Shown: one piece after another, positions 26,237 through 36,403 of the stretch
How the letters are laid out: each line of letters starts with the position of its first letter
How positions within the stretch are numbered: position 1 is the first letter of the stretch
Notes under the pieces: model-generated
Told to the model about the DNA's origin: nothing
Databases searched by the model: none
Seen by the model: only the letters and a program-made list of their open reading frames with translations
Translations under genes and position numbers: made by a program
DNA from: Elusimicrobiota bacterium
Lineage (GTDB): Bacteria; Elusimicrobiota; Elusimicrobia; F11
DNA length: 64,000 nt
Direction: 5' to 3'
Assembly (NCBI GenBank): GCA_044221725.1
Contig: JBGAON010000003.1
Span: 128,001-192,000 of the forward strand

Positions 26237-27282
26237 CGCGGCGCCTCAGGATTTACGAAAACATCTGTTTTGGAATTTTCGGGAGCGTTCACATTGATTG
26301 TGCGGATTTCTGACCAATCGCTTTTTTGATCGCCCCAAAATTGAGCTCGCCAATACAATTTGTCGCCGACTCTTAAATCCGGGGAAGGACACACGAATTC
26401 GCCCGTTGCCGAGATAGCGTCCACTATCGTCCGACCAAAGTCGGAACTTCTCGCAACTTGAATGCGCACGGGCGTGCTGGCGTTGGCTTGCCATTCGAGA
26501 ATTAAGTTGAATCCGCGCGATTCAAAATTGGACAAGGGTGAGGTTAAGAGCGGGGCGGGAGACGTCGTTTCCGAAATGCTCGCGGGTACGCTTACAGTCG
26601 CTGTCCGAGAGAACGCGCCATAGACATTTTCTCGGCTCCCCGTTTCCGTTGTCACCACATCCACCGCTCGTACGCGCACAAAAACTGTCGAAGGATTCGC
26701 CTGAATTGGCGCCGGAAGATCTGCGGTTGGCTGGCTCGTCTGATCGAAAGAGATTCGATTGCTAAAAGTTTCATCCGAGGCGCTTTCGACTTCATAGAAA
26801 AGCGCGCCACTGAGGCCGGTCCACGAGACGTGCAGCGTGTGACCGTTCCGTTCGCAAAGAACTCCTTGCGGAGAAGGCAGCGACTGTCGCGCCACCAATG
26901 AACGAATCGCTCCGGCCGTTGCTTGGGACCCCACCCTTTTTGAATCTGCGAGCAGCTGCCTGTTCCATTGCGTTCCGGCGGCCACCGCTAGAGGGCCAAG
27001 CGGTTGAAGCGTATCGAGAGAAACGGCGCTGGTTGTAAAGAATTTAACGGATGCCATCGTTTTGGGGTTGACCGAATCCGGAAAATTCGCAATGAGAATT
27101 TGAGGCGGGACTTGGTGGTGAATCCGAACACCTTTTTGTGCGAGGTGCGCGGCCTCGTCAACGATATCTGTGCCGTCATTTAGGATTAGAAAAAAAGGCG
27201 TCTCGGCTCGCAGGTTCGCAACGGAGGTAACAGTTAGAAAAACGAATATCCAAGAAAGGTTATTCAGCAGGAGTTTTCGCAT
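26233..27282 (-). CDS. Secreted protein with two fibronectin-III-like domains
   Basis: Signal-like N terminus from the ATG at 27282; SWTG...FYEVE...FVRVRA and LEWQ...QVARSSDF...YWRAQ...SDWS patterns; ATGA-coupled to the protease. Confidence 0.7.
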   Translation of the reverse strand: MRKLLLNNLSWIFVFLTVTSVANLRAETPFFLILNDGTDIVDEAAHLAQKGVRIHHQVPPQILIANFPDSVNPKTMASVKFFTTSAVSLDTLQPLGPLAVAAGTQWNRQLLADSKRVGSQATAGAIRSLVARQSLPSPQGVLCERNGHTLHVSWTGLSGALFYEVESASDETFSNRISFDQTSQPTADLPAPIQANPSTVFVRVRAVDVVTTETGSRENVYGAFSRTATVSVPASISETTSPAPLLTSPLSNFESRGFNLILEWQANASTPVRIQVARSSDFGRTIVDAISATGEFVCPSPDLRVGDKLYWRAQFWGDQKSDWSEIRTINVNAPENSKTDVFVNPEAPR

Positions 27283-27421
27283 CACCTGTTCATATACGCG
27301 AATCGAAAAAGATTCAATGACTTTTCTGCGCTTTTTCATCGTCTCTTAAGCGTAAGCCTCGACTGTGTTAAAGCCGTGACAAGCTGTGGAAAACTGTGCG
27401 AATTTCTTATGATCCTCCAGC

Positions 27422-27922
27422 ATGATCATCATTAAGATCATCTTTGGCGCGCTGCTTTTGTTCGTCGCCTGGACGTATATCTTCCATAAGAAGTTAGCCT
27501 TCCAACTAAACGCGTGGATGCGCGAATATGTTTTCAATGATCAGATCGTTTTGTTCTCCGGCCGGCGCATCGCGATTCTTCTCCTCATTTTGGGAGGCGT
27601 GGCTTTGTTCTCGGGGCTTGAAGGAATTATCGATGTTCAACCCGTCAAGCCCAATATTGCAGCAACAATGATCGAGGAAGCTCGTAAGGACAGTAAGAAC
27701 GGGCGCTATTCGGCCGTTGTTCGCCGGTGTCGAGAGCTGATTCGTTCAACTCCCAATTCGGTCGAAGCGTGGGAATTGTTGGTTGACGCGTACAGCCGTC
27801 TCGGAGAGAAACAGCTCGCGCAAGAAGCCGCAAGCGTATTGCTGCGATTGAGCCCCGATCACCCCATCGGGCAAAGTTTTTTCCAGACGGAAAAACAAAG
27901 AGTGGATCGTGAACGCGAATGA
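27422..27922 (+). CDS. Membrane protein with TPR repeats
   Basis: Two hydrophobic helices, then TPR pattern PNSVEAWELLVDAYSRLG...A...LRLSPDHP. Confidence 0.75.
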   Translation: MIIIKIIFGALLLFVAWTYIFHKKLAFQLNAWMREYVFNDQIVLFSGRRIAILLLILGGVALFSGLEGIIDVQPVKPNIAATMIEEARKDSKNGRYSAVVRRCRELIRSTPNSVEAWELLVDAYSRLGEKQLAQEAASVLLRLSPDHPIGQSFFQTEKQRVDRERE

Positions 27923-29253
27923 AAACTTCCGCCGAATTCGCCGCCCGATTGAAAATATTGGCTGCAGCGGTTCCTGCAGAAACCGAACTGTTTGCGCATG
28001 TGCAAATGCGCCGATCCATTGGATGGTCGGATGGGAAACCAAGTCTAAACGCGTGTTCCGATGAGGAAGGGCTTTGTGTGCGGGTTCTCAAGGCGGGAAA
28101 ACAGGGTATTGTTACGGCCCGAACTCTCGAACCAGCGAACATCCAGCAATTGGTTTTCGATTCGGCTTTTGTTGCTAAAAGTACGCCAGCCGATCCCTTC
28201 CGGTCTTTTGCAAACGCATCGCCCGATGTGTCGCAATTGCCGGTCGATTCCGATCTTTTCGCCCGCCCATTAACGTCGGTCCGCGAATGCTTGGAAGATC
28301 TCGAGCGAAAGGTTTTGCAGCACGATAAACGGATAAAGAAGGTCATCAAATTTCAATTTTCGGAGGGCCGTTCGTTGAAAGGCATCGCCGGATCGCGGAA
28401 AAATCCAATTGTTTCGGAACAGTCCGAAACGAGTTTTTCGGCGGAAGTGTTGGCCGTGGAAGGAAATGCCAACGAGGTGGCTTGGGATCATCGGTCAAAA
28501 CGTTTTTCGAAAAATCTGATGCTTGATGAAATGGCAATGTCAGTGGCGGAGCACGCCGTTGAATCGCTCGGGGGGCGGCCCGTTCCTTCGGGAGCGTACA
28601 CGGTCGCCGTGCATCCGCGCGTGGGTGTTCAGATATTAAGTCTCTTGGCGGGCGCATTATCGGCCGAAGCCGTTCAGCGGAACCGTTCGTTCCTTGTCAA
28701 CAAACGACAACAAAAAATTGCAGCGTCCATCGTTAATCTCGTTGACGATCCGTTGCTGCCCGATGGCGTTGCGAGCGCCGAATTTGATGACGAAGGAACG
28801 CCGCATAAACGCGTTGCCGTTTTGTCGGAAGGTGTGTTGAACGATTACTTTTACGATGTTGCTTCCGCAAACAAAGAAAATCGTACGTCAAACGGCCATG
28901 GGATCAAGCAGAGCCTCGGATCCGCCCCGCGTCCCAGCGCGACCAATTTCTATATGGGTGCCGGACCATCAACCACCGAGGAAATGCTCACGGCGGAGAA
29001 AAAGATTTTTTTCTTGAAAGATGTTATGGGACTCCATATGGCGGACCCGATTACAGGCGAGTTTTCATTGGGAGCGTCGGGATCTCTCTACGAAAATGGG
29101 CGCCGCGTTCAGCCGGTACGAGGCGTTACCATCGCCGGAACGGTGCTGGACGTATTGAAAAATATTGGTGCCATTGGCAAAGAAGTCGTTTGGTATGGTT
29201 CCATCGGATGCCCCATGTTTCTATTGCCAAACGTTGTGATCGCCGGAACCTGA
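27919..29253 (+). CDS. PmbA/TldE family protein
   Basis: GLCVRVLK, DDPLLPDG, FDDEGTP, SNGHG, DPITGEFSLG, PVRGVTIAG; no HExxxH. Confidence 0.85.
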   Translation: MKTSAEFAARLKILAAAVPAETELFAHVQMRRSIGWSDGKPSLNACSDEEGLCVRVLKAGKQGIVTARTLEPANIQQLVFDSAFVAKSTPADPFRSFANASPDVSQLPVDSDLFARPLTSVRECLEDLERKVLQHDKRIKKVIKFQFSEGRSLKGIAGSRKNPIVSEQSETSFSAEVLAVEGNANEVAWDHRSKRFSKNLMLDEMAMSVAEHAVESLGGRPVPSGAYTVAVHPRVGVQILSLLAGALSAEAVQRNRSFLVNKRQQKIAASIVNLVDDPLLPDGVASAEFDDEGTPHKRVAVLSEGVLNDYFYDVASANKENRTSNGHGIKQSLGSAPRPSATNFYMGAGPSTTEEMLTAEKKIFFLKDVMGLHMADPITGEFSLGASGSLYENGRRVQPVRGVTIAGTVLDVLKNIGAIGKEVVWYGSIGCPMFLLPNVVIAGT

Positions 29254-29256
29254 GGC

Positions 29257-30132
29257 ATGTCTCAGCAGGATAAGCAGGGCGACGACCAATTCGCTAAAGT
29301 CAAACCGGGTGACATGGGAATCATTGGAAATCCCGTTGAACATTCGATGTCTCCGCGAATGCAAGGCCCCGCGCTTCGCTATTGGTGGACGCAGCTTGGC
29401 CGAGCAGCCGATACGGCGCCGCGCTATCACAAATTTCTTGTCCCTATTGACCAGCTTGAACGCTCGCTGTCACTGGTTCGTGAGCGCCACTTGCTTGGTG
29501 TAAATGTTACCGTTCCATTTAAGCGAGCGGTTTGCAGCCACCTGAACGAAATTGATGAATTTGCGAACAACGTGCAGTCGGTTAACACGGTCAAAGTTAT
29601 CGATGGAAAATTGGTGGGATATAATACGGATGCTTATGGATTTGAAAAATCGCTCGAAGAGTTTGGTTTTGAGCCACGACAGAAGTCCGTGCTTGTTCTG
29701 GGTTTGGGCGGGACGGGCGTCGTTCTTATTCACAGGTTGTTGGAATTAGGGATTAAATCTCTGTTCGTTTGGAATCGTTCAAGTCAGCGATCCCTCTCGG
29801 TTCCTCAAACGAAGATTCAGCCTGTTCGCGTGGAAACCGAGCACTTGAAAGAAGTGGTTCCGGAAGTTGACCTCGTCGTTAACGCGACAAGTGTTGGACT
29901 AAAAGAGGGCGATCCATCTCCTATTCCGAAACCGAGATTTCAGTCGCGGCAATTTGTATACGATGTTGTCTACCACCGAGAAACCGAGTTTTTGAAGCTA
30001 GCGAAACAATCTGGCGCGAAAACATCGAACGGGCTTGGCATGTTGCTTCATCAAGGTGCCAAGTCGTTCGAAATTTGGACCGGCGCGACAGCGCCCATTG
30101 AACTAATGAGGAAGGAACTTAAAACCGTATGA
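29257..30132 (+). CDS. aroE: Shikimate dehydrogenase
   Basis: GNPVEHSMSP, NVTVPFK, VNT, NTD, NATSVG, DVVY, GLGMLLHQG. Confidence 0.93.
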   Translation: MSQQDKQGDDQFAKVKPGDMGIIGNPVEHSMSPRMQGPALRYWWTQLGRAADTAPRYHKFLVPIDQLERSLSLVRERHLLGVNVTVPFKRAVCSHLNEIDEFANNVQSVNTVKVIDGKLVGYNTDAYGFEKSLEEFGFEPRQKSVLVLGLGGTGVVLIHRLLELGIKSLFVWNRSSQRSLSVPQTKIQPVRVETEHLKEVVPEVDLVVNATSVGLKEGDPSPIPKPRFQSRQFVYDVVYHRETEFLKLAKQSGAKTSNGLGMLLHQGAKSFEIWTGATAPIELMRKELKTV

Positions 30133-31295
30133 GCATTCGATATTTGACCGCCGGAGAATCGCATGGCCGGCACCTAACCGCGATTTTGGAAGGTCTTCCA
30201 GCCGGTGTGCCAATTACCGAAGCGGAAGTGAACGAACAGCTCTCGCGGCGACAACACACATTTGGACGCGGTGAACGTCAACAATATATCGAAAGCGACG
30301 CGGCGAAATTTGTTTCCGGGGTTCGACACGGCCAAACGCTCGGTTCGCCCATCACAATGGTGGTTGAGAACAAAGACTGGCCAAATTGGGAAAAAATAAT
30401 GTCTGTGGACGCGGCCGATTTCGACGAGAAATTTGCTCTTGTGCGTCCGCGCCCCGGTCACGCCGATCTCGTCGGGGCGATCAAATATGACCGTTACGAC
30501 ACACGAGACATTCTCGAGCGTGCCAGCGCGCGTGAAACGGCGGCACGCACAGCGGTCGGCGCTGTGTGCCAGAAGTTTCTTGAACAGTTCGGTATCAAAA
30601 TTTTCTCTTGGGTAATCGACATCGGCGGGGTTCGCGCAAAATTGCCAGAGGGACAGGCCGTGGAAATTTACAAAAAGGCCAAGGAATCTCCCGTGCAATG
30701 CCCGGACGAAGAGGCCACGCAAAAAATGATGGAAATTATTCACGCGGCGAAAAAAGCCGGCGATACGCTCGGAGGGGTCTATGAAGTGTGGGCAACCGGA
30801 TTGCCGGTGGGTTTGGGATCGCACGTTCAGTGGGATCTAAAGCTCGATGGCCAATTGGCGCAGGCGATCATGTCCATTCAAGCGCATAAGGGGGTGGAAT
30901 TCGGTCGCGGTTTTGAGCTCGGAAATCGCAAGGGTTCCGAAGTGCATGACGAAATTTACTATTCGAAAGAACAGGGTTTCTACCGAAAGGCGAACAATGC
31001 GGGCGGCGTTGAGGGCGGAATGACAAATGGTGAACCGCTTATTATTCGAGCGGTCATCAAGCCGCTGGCGAGTTTGCGCAAGCCGTTGAACTCCGTTCAT
31101 CTGAAAACAAAGGAAGCGCTGCGGGCTGAAATTGTTCGGTCCGATGTGGCTCCTGTGGCGGCCGCGGCAATTATTGCTGAATCCGTCACTGCAATCACGT
31201 TGGCGCAATCGTTTGTCAACAAATTTGGCGGCGATTCGCTGCGCGAGATGAAAGACAATTACGAACGGTATCTCGAACACGTAAAGTCCTATTGA
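30129..31295 (+). CDS. aroC: Chorismate synthase
   Basis: TAGESHG, RPGHAD, ERASARETA, GGVEGGMTNG, RSD. Confidence 0.97.
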   Translation: MSIRYLTAGESHGRHLTAILEGLPAGVPITEAEVNEQLSRRQHTFGRGERQQYIESDAAKFVSGVRHGQTLGSPITMVVENKDWPNWEKIMSVDAADFDEKFALVRPRPGHADLVGAIKYDRYDTRDILERASARETAARTAVGAVCQKFLEQFGIKIFSWVIDIGGVRAKLPEGQAVEIYKKAKESPVQCPDEEATQKMMEIIHAAKKAGDTLGGVYEVWATGLPVGLGSHVQWDLKLDGQLAQAIMSIQAHKGVEFGRGFELGNRKGSEVHDEIYYSKEQGFYRKANNAGGVEGGMTNGEPLIIRAVIKPLASLRKPLNSVHLKTKEALRAEIVRSDVAPVAAAAIIAESVTAITLAQSFVNKFGGDSLREMKDNYERYLEHVKSY

Positions 31296-31804
31296 TGAAC
31301 ATCGTTCTAATTGGGTTCATGTGCTCCGGCAAATCACGCGTCGGACAGGAACTTGCTCGTCTACTGAAGTGGCCGCATTTTGACACCGATGAAATGATTA
31401 CCAAAGACGTGGGGGCTTCGGTCGCCGACATTATTCACAAACAAGGCGAGCCGGCCTTTCGAAGTATCGAAAAAAAAGCGGTTCAACTGGTTGCGTCCTT
31501 GGATAACTCCGTCATATCGACAGGCGGCGGAGTGCCGCTGGACCCTAATAATATGAAGGCGCTTTCGGAACGAGGTCGCTTTGTATGGCTAAAAATCTCC
31601 CCCGAAACGGTTTTAAAGCGTGCCGGCAATTTGAAATCGCGTCCCCTTATAGATCCACAAGACCCAATCGGTTCCATTAAGCGCCGAATGACAGAACGAG
31701 AGCCCGCGTATGCGAAAGCAGAGTTTCAAGTTTCAGTGGAGGACAAAACTCCGTCTTCTGTGGCGGAGCAGATTCTCGGATTAATTCCCGCGGTTAAGTC
31801 ATGA
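31295..31804 (+). CDS. aroK: Shikimate kinase
   Basis: GFMCSGKS P-loop, DTD, GEPAFR, STGGG, RPL. Confidence 0.95.
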   Translation: MNIVLIGFMCSGKSRVGQELARLLKWPHFDTDEMITKDVGASVADIIHKQGEPAFRSIEKKAVQLVASLDNSVISTGGGVPLDPNNMKALSERGRFVWLKISPETVLKRAGNLKSRPLIDPQDPIGSIKRRMTEREPAYAKAEFQVSVEDKTPSSVAEQILGLIPAVKS

Positions 31805-32892
31805 CACCAATTCGAGTGAAGCTCAAAGAGCGCTCCTATGAAATCCGATTCGGAAGTTTGAAAAGCGATTTTGGAATAATTTTCAAACGCTTATTTCCTC
31901 AGAAACCCAACGTCCTGATTGTTACCTCGCAAGCGGTCAAAAACGCAGGGCACTCAAAACGACTCGAGGCGGCACTGAAAGGAAAAGTATCGGGTGGTCA
32001 CACCGTGGTACTGCCGAACGGGGAGCAACATAAAAATCTCCGATCGATTGAAGCGCTGTACAAAGAGGGTCTCGCGTGTGGGCTTGATCGCAAATCGGTC
32101 ATTATTGGGTTCGGCGGTGGTGTGATTACCGACATGGCCGGATTTTTTGCTTCAACATACATGCGCGGAATACCCTTCGTGTCGATTCCGACGACAATTC
32201 TCGGAATGGTCGACGCGGCCATCGGTGGGAAAACAGGCGTGGATCTGCCGGAAGGGAAAAACTTGGTGGGTGCTTTTTGGCAACCGAGATTGGTTTGGAT
32301 CGATCCAGAAACATTGAAAACTTTGCCCGAGCGGGAGTGGAGAACTGGTTTCGCCGAAGTAATCAAGTACGGCGTAATCAAGAATCGATCGTTCTTTGAA
32401 TGGCTAGAAAAAAAAGTTCTTGCCGAGCCCAATTTCTCGAAGTGGGCGATTAAAGACGTTTTGAAAGCCATTTATATTTCAGCGCAGACAAAAGCCAGCG
32501 TCGTGAGCGCCGATGAACGAGAAACACCCCTGAAAGGGGGGCGTGAAATTTTGAATCTCGGGCATACATCGGGGCACGCCTTGGAAGCCGCTTTTGGTTA
32601 TCGCCAACTGTCGCATGGAGAGGCAATCTCGATCGGAATGGTTTTGGCGGGAAGATTGGCGATACGTCACAAAATGTGGTCCGCGCGCGAGCAGCTTCGG
32701 CTCATGCGAATACTCCGGCAATCCGGTTTGCCGATTGAACTCCCTCGTCTTTCTCCCAAGCAACGGAGTGTTTTCTGGTCCGCTCTTTTGAAAGACAAGA
32801 AGAATGTGAATGGGCAATTGCGATTTGTTTTACCGGTACGTTTGGGCATCGCAACCGTCGCTAGCGTAAAATTGGGCAGGAATTTGCTGTAA
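31801..32892 (+). CDS. aroB: 3-dehydroquinate synthase
   Basis: GEQHK, GGGVITD, PTT, DAAIGGKTG, KNLVG, LNLGHTSGHALE, HGEAI, DKK. Confidence 0.96.
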   Translation: MTPIRVKLKERSYEIRFGSLKSDFGIIFKRLFPQKPNVLIVTSQAVKNAGHSKRLEAALKGKVSGGHTVVLPNGEQHKNLRSIEALYKEGLACGLDRKSVIIGFGGGVITDMAGFFASTYMRGIPFVSIPTTILGMVDAAIGGKTGVDLPEGKNLVGAFWQPRLVWIDPETLKTLPEREWRTGFAEVIKYGVIKNRSFFEWLEKKVLAEPNFSKWAIKDVLKAIYISAQTKASVVSADERETPLKGGREILNLGHTSGHALEAAFGYRQLSHGEAISIGMVLAGRLAIRHKMWSAREQLRLMRILRQSGLPIELPRLSPKQRSVFWSALLKDKKNVNGQLRFVLPVRLGIATVASVKLGRNLL

Positions 32893-32907
32893 TAACTAGG
32901 AGCAACG

Positions 32908-33954
32908 ATGGCAGATAACAAGTTTAAGTATTTGGAAAAGAGAGTTTCGGATTTTCGAGCGGTTTTGAAAGACAAACAGCTCGATGGATATTTCTTATCT
33001 CATCTTTCGGATCTGTATTATTTTACGGACTACCGATCGGAAGGTTATTACGCTCTCATCGGACTTGAAGAATCGTGGCTTTTCCTTCCCAATTTGCTGT
33101 TTGAACAAGGCAAATCCAGCACGCGCGGGTTCCACTGTCTGCAGGGCAAATTTTTTGATGAGCTGAAATCCACTATCGAAAAGCGAAAGCTCAAAAAGGT
33201 TGGCTTCGACCCCAATCAGCTTTCATTTGCTTTTGGGCAATCGCTCGCAAAGCTTGGTTTTGTGCCAGTGCCGGGGCTGGTGACCGAATTGCGCGCAATC
33301 AAGGATGCTTTTGAGCTAAAGCGCTTGTCCGCGGCCAATCATCTTGCCGCAAGAGGCGCCGAATTCGCGCGCAAACGACTTAAGCCAGGCCGCCGCGAAA
33401 AACAAATTTCGGCCGACTTGGCCCATTTCTTTAACTTGGAAGGCGATGGAATCGCGTTCGACCTTATTATTGCGGGCGGAGCGAACGGGGCGTTCCCACA
33501 CCATATAACTTCGGACTACAAATTGAAGAACGGAGAGGCGGTCATTTGCGATATTGGCGCAACCTGGGAGGGGTACCGCTCTGACTTGACCCGTACATTT
33601 CCGTTAGGTAGGATGCCCGACGAATTCACGCGAGTTTTTCGGATCGTGGAAAAGTCTCAAAAGGACGGGATGCGTCACATAAAGCCGGGCGTGACCGCAG
33701 GTTCTGTTGACGATGTATGTCGTCGCATAATTGAAAGCGAAGGTTTTGGAGAGACGTTTGTCCATAGCACCGGACATGGAGTTGGCATTGATATTCACGA
33801 GCACCCTCGGTTGGGTCCCGGAGCCACCGATAAGTTAGAGGAAGGAATGGTTGTCACCGTGGAGCCGGGCATTTATCTCCCGGGAAAATTTGGTGTTCGA
33901 ATTGAAGATACGCTTCTCGTAACCAAGAGCGGTTCAAAGATTCTCACGAAATAG
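32908..33954 (+). CDS. Xaa-Pro aminopeptidase (M24)
   Basis: PHH, DIG...YRSDLTRT, HSTGHGVG, HE, EPGIY, GVRIED. Confidence 0.92.
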   Translation: MADNKFKYLEKRVSDFRAVLKDKQLDGYFLSHLSDLYYFTDYRSEGYYALIGLEESWLFLPNLLFEQGKSSTRGFHCLQGKFFDELKSTIEKRKLKKVGFDPNQLSFAFGQSLAKLGFVPVPGLVTELRAIKDAFELKRLSAANHLAARGAEFARKRLKPGRREKQISADLAHFFNLEGDGIAFDLIIAGGANGAFPHHITSDYKLKNGEAVICDIGATWEGYRSDLTRTFPLGRMPDEFTRVFRIVEKSQKDGMRHIKPGVTAGSVDDVCRRIIESEGFGETFVHSTGHGVGIDIHEHPRLGPGATDKLEEGMVVTVEPGIYLPGKFGVRIEDTLLVTKSGSKILTK

Positions 33955-34017
33955 TCCCACCAAGGTTTTTCCTGATCCATCCATCTTTAAATCACAAAAG
34001 GAGCATTACTAGGTCTT

Positions 34018-34575
34018 ATGATTTCGACAAGCGAATTTAAGAACGGAACCATTTTTGAATGGGACAGTCGCATCTGGCAGGTCGTCTGGTTCCAGCACCA
34101 CAAACCCGGAAAAGGTGGCGCCGTGATGCGCCTCAAATTAAAGAACATGCGCACGGGAGACATCATTGAGCGCACGTTTAAATCCGGCGAGTCGTTCCGC
34201 GATGTCGAAGCGAACCGACGAAAGAAGACCTTTTCCTATGTGGATGGCGACAAATATCATTTCCTCGACTCCGAAACCTACGAAGATATGGAGATTTCAA
34301 AAGAACAGCTTGGCGATGCGGCGGGTTTTCTACAAGAAAATATGGAAGTGCAGGCTCTCTATTTGGATGGAGAGTTTTTGAATATCGAAATGCCGGCTTC
34401 GGTTCAATTGAAGGTTACTGAAACGGTGCCGGGCGTGCGCGGAAACACGGTTTCGAACACCATGAAACCGGCGACGCTGGAAACGGGTATCGAAATTCAG
34501 GTTCCGCTTTTCATTGATGAAGGCGATGTGATCAAGGTTGATACGCGATCACATGAGTACGTAGAGCGCGTATGA
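34018..34575 (+). CDS. efp: Elongation factor P
   Basis: HHKPGKGGA loop; KPATLETG, VPLFI, DTR. Confidence 0.96.
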   Translation: MISTSEFKNGTIFEWDSRIWQVVWFQHHKPGKGGAVMRLKLKNMRTGDIIERTFKSGESFRDVEANRRKKTFSYVDGDKYHFLDSETYEDMEISKEQLGDAAGFLQENMEVQALYLDGEFLNIEMPASVQLKVTETVPGVRGNTVSNTMKPATLETGIEIQVPLFIDEGDVIKVDTRSHEYVERV

Positions 34576-35024
34576 GCGATTCCTTGCAAGAGAAACTCCA
34601 AGAGCTTTTGCAATTCGCTAAAAAACACGGTCTCATGGAGATTGTTTGGAAAGACGGTGATTTGAAAATCGCTTTTCGGCGCAGTCTCGAAGAAGCAGAA
34701 ATTCCCGTTCCCGCCACGGTGGAATCCACCGAAGAAGAGCCCGCCCCGAAAGATGATCGCGTGTTCGTGAAATCTCCCATTGTCGGAACATTCCGCCGCG
34801 CTGTGGCGAAAGGCCGCCCGCCTCTTATTATGGTTGGAAATCACATAAAGCCGGGCGACCCGTTGGCCGTCGTTGAATGCATGAAAATCCCGACGGATGT
34901 GGTTAGCTACGCTTCGGGTGAAATCAAGGAAATTTTGGTGGAAGATGGACAAGCCGTGGAATACGGGCAGCCCCTTTTCTCGATTGTGCCAAACGGAAAC
35001 GGCCATTCGAACGGAGCTCAATAA
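34572..35024 (+). CDS. accB: Biotin carboxyl carrier protein
   Basis: SPIVGTF, ECMK biotinyl-lysine, VEYGQPLF; located between efp and accC. Confidence 0.88.
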   Translation: MSDSLQEKLQELLQFAKKHGLMEIVWKDGDLKIAFRRSLEEAEIPVPATVESTEEEPAPKDDRVFVKSPIVGTFRRAVAKGRPPLIMVGNHIKPGDPLAVVECMKIPTDVVSYASGEIKEILVEDGQAVEYGQPLFSIVPNGNGHSNGAQ

Positions 35025-36403
35025 TGTTTAAGAAAGTTTTGATCGCAAACCGCGGTGAAATTGCTGTTCGTGTCATCCGCGCCTGCCGTGAACTTGGAAT
35101 TTTGACTGTTGCGGTTCACTCCGATGTGGATCGCGATTCGTTGCACGTGAAATTGGCCGACGAATCGGTTTGCATTGGCCCAGCCCCGGCCGCCGAAAGT
35201 TATTTGAATATCCCGGCAATTATTTCCGCGGCGGAGATCAGCGGAGCAGACGCCATTCATCCGGGATATGGTTTCTTGTCAGAGAACGCGCATTTCGCTG
35301 AAGTGTGCGACTCGTGCAAAATAAAATTTATCGGCCCAAGTGCCGCTTCCATTATGGCTATGGGAGACAAACTGGAAGCACGTCGATTGGTGCAAGATTA
35401 TGGGGTTCCGGTGTTGCCCGGTTCGGACGGTCCCGTTGATCCGGAGGATCCAAAACTTTTCAAACTCGCAAAGACGATCGGCTATCCGATCATGGTGAAG
35501 GCGCGTGCGGGTGGCGGCGGAAAAGGGATGCGCATCGTTCGCGAAGAAGCGCAGCTCAAAGACGCGATCTTTGCGGCGCAATCCGAAGCGAAAAAGTCTT
35601 TCAAAGAAGCGGGCGTGTATTTGGAAAAGTTCCTTGAAAGTCCTCGGCACATCGAAGTTCAGGTTGCTGGCGACGTTTTTGGAAATGTTGTGAGTTACCC
35701 GGAACGGGACTGCACAATTCAACGCCGCCATCAAAAACTCGTTGAAGAATCTCCATCGCCGGCCGTCACCGAAAGTATTCGCAAGAAGCTGGGTAAGGCA
35801 GCGCGTCGCGCAACACGGGCCGCCAAATACGTGACGGTGGGAACCATCGAGTTTTTGTTCGATGGTAAAAAAGATTTTTATTTCTTAGAGATGAACACGC
35901 GTATCCAAGTCGAGCATCCGGTTACAGAAATAGTGACGGGTATCGATTTGATTAAGGAGCAAATCCGTTTGGCCGCCGGCGAGAAGCTCGGTTATGACAA
36001 GGATGATGTTCAGATTCTTGGGCACGCCATCGAATGTCGTATCAACGCCGAAGATCCCGACTACAATTTTGCACCGTCACCGGGAAAAATTGAGACGCTG
36101 GTGCTGCCGGGGGGGCCCGGCGTTCGCGTTGATACGCATGTGTACGCCGGTTACACGGTTCCGACTCAATACGATAGCCTGTTGGGAAAACTTATTGTGG
36201 GCTCGACGCGAGGGCGAGCCGCCGCTATTTCGCGAATGGAACGAGCGCTTAAAGAATTCCATATCGAAGGAATTAAGAGCACCGTACCGTTTCATAAAAA
36301 AGTAATGGAACATCCGGCCTTCCGCAGTGGACAGTTTGCGACGAACTTCATTGAAAAATTTATGAGTGGAACCAATGGAAATGGCAACGGTCGCAAGTCA
36401 TAA
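35024..36403 (+). CDS. accC: Biotin carboxylase
   Basis: [47 protein letters not shown]. Confidence 0.97.
   Translation: MFKKVLIANRGEIAVRVIRACRELGILTVAVHSDVDRDSLHVKLADESVCIGPAPAAESYLNIPAIISAAEISGADAIHPGYGFLSENAHFAEVCDSCKIKFIGPSAASIMAMGDKLEARRLVQDYGVPVLPGSDGPVDPEDPKLFKLAKTIGYPIMVKARAGGGGKGMRIVREEAQLKDAIFAAQSEAKKSFKEAGVYLEKFLESPRHIEVQVAGDVFGNVVSYPERDCTIQRRHQKLVEESPSPAVTESIRKKLGKAARRATRAAKYVTVGTIEFLFDGKKDFYFLEMNTRIQVEHPVTEIVTGIDLIKEQIRLAAGEKLGYDKDDVQILGHAIECRINAEDPDYNFAPSPGKIETLVLPGGPGVRVDTHVYAGYTVPTQYDSLLGKLIVGSTRGRAAAISRMERALKEFHIEGIKSTVPFHKKVMEHPAFRSGQFATNFIEKFMSGTNGNGNGRKS

Noticed and set aside
27385..27393. DnaA-box-like TGTGGAAAA at a divergent junction
   Set aside because: A single imperfect box, with no cluster, AT-rich unwinding element or dnaA; not an origin.
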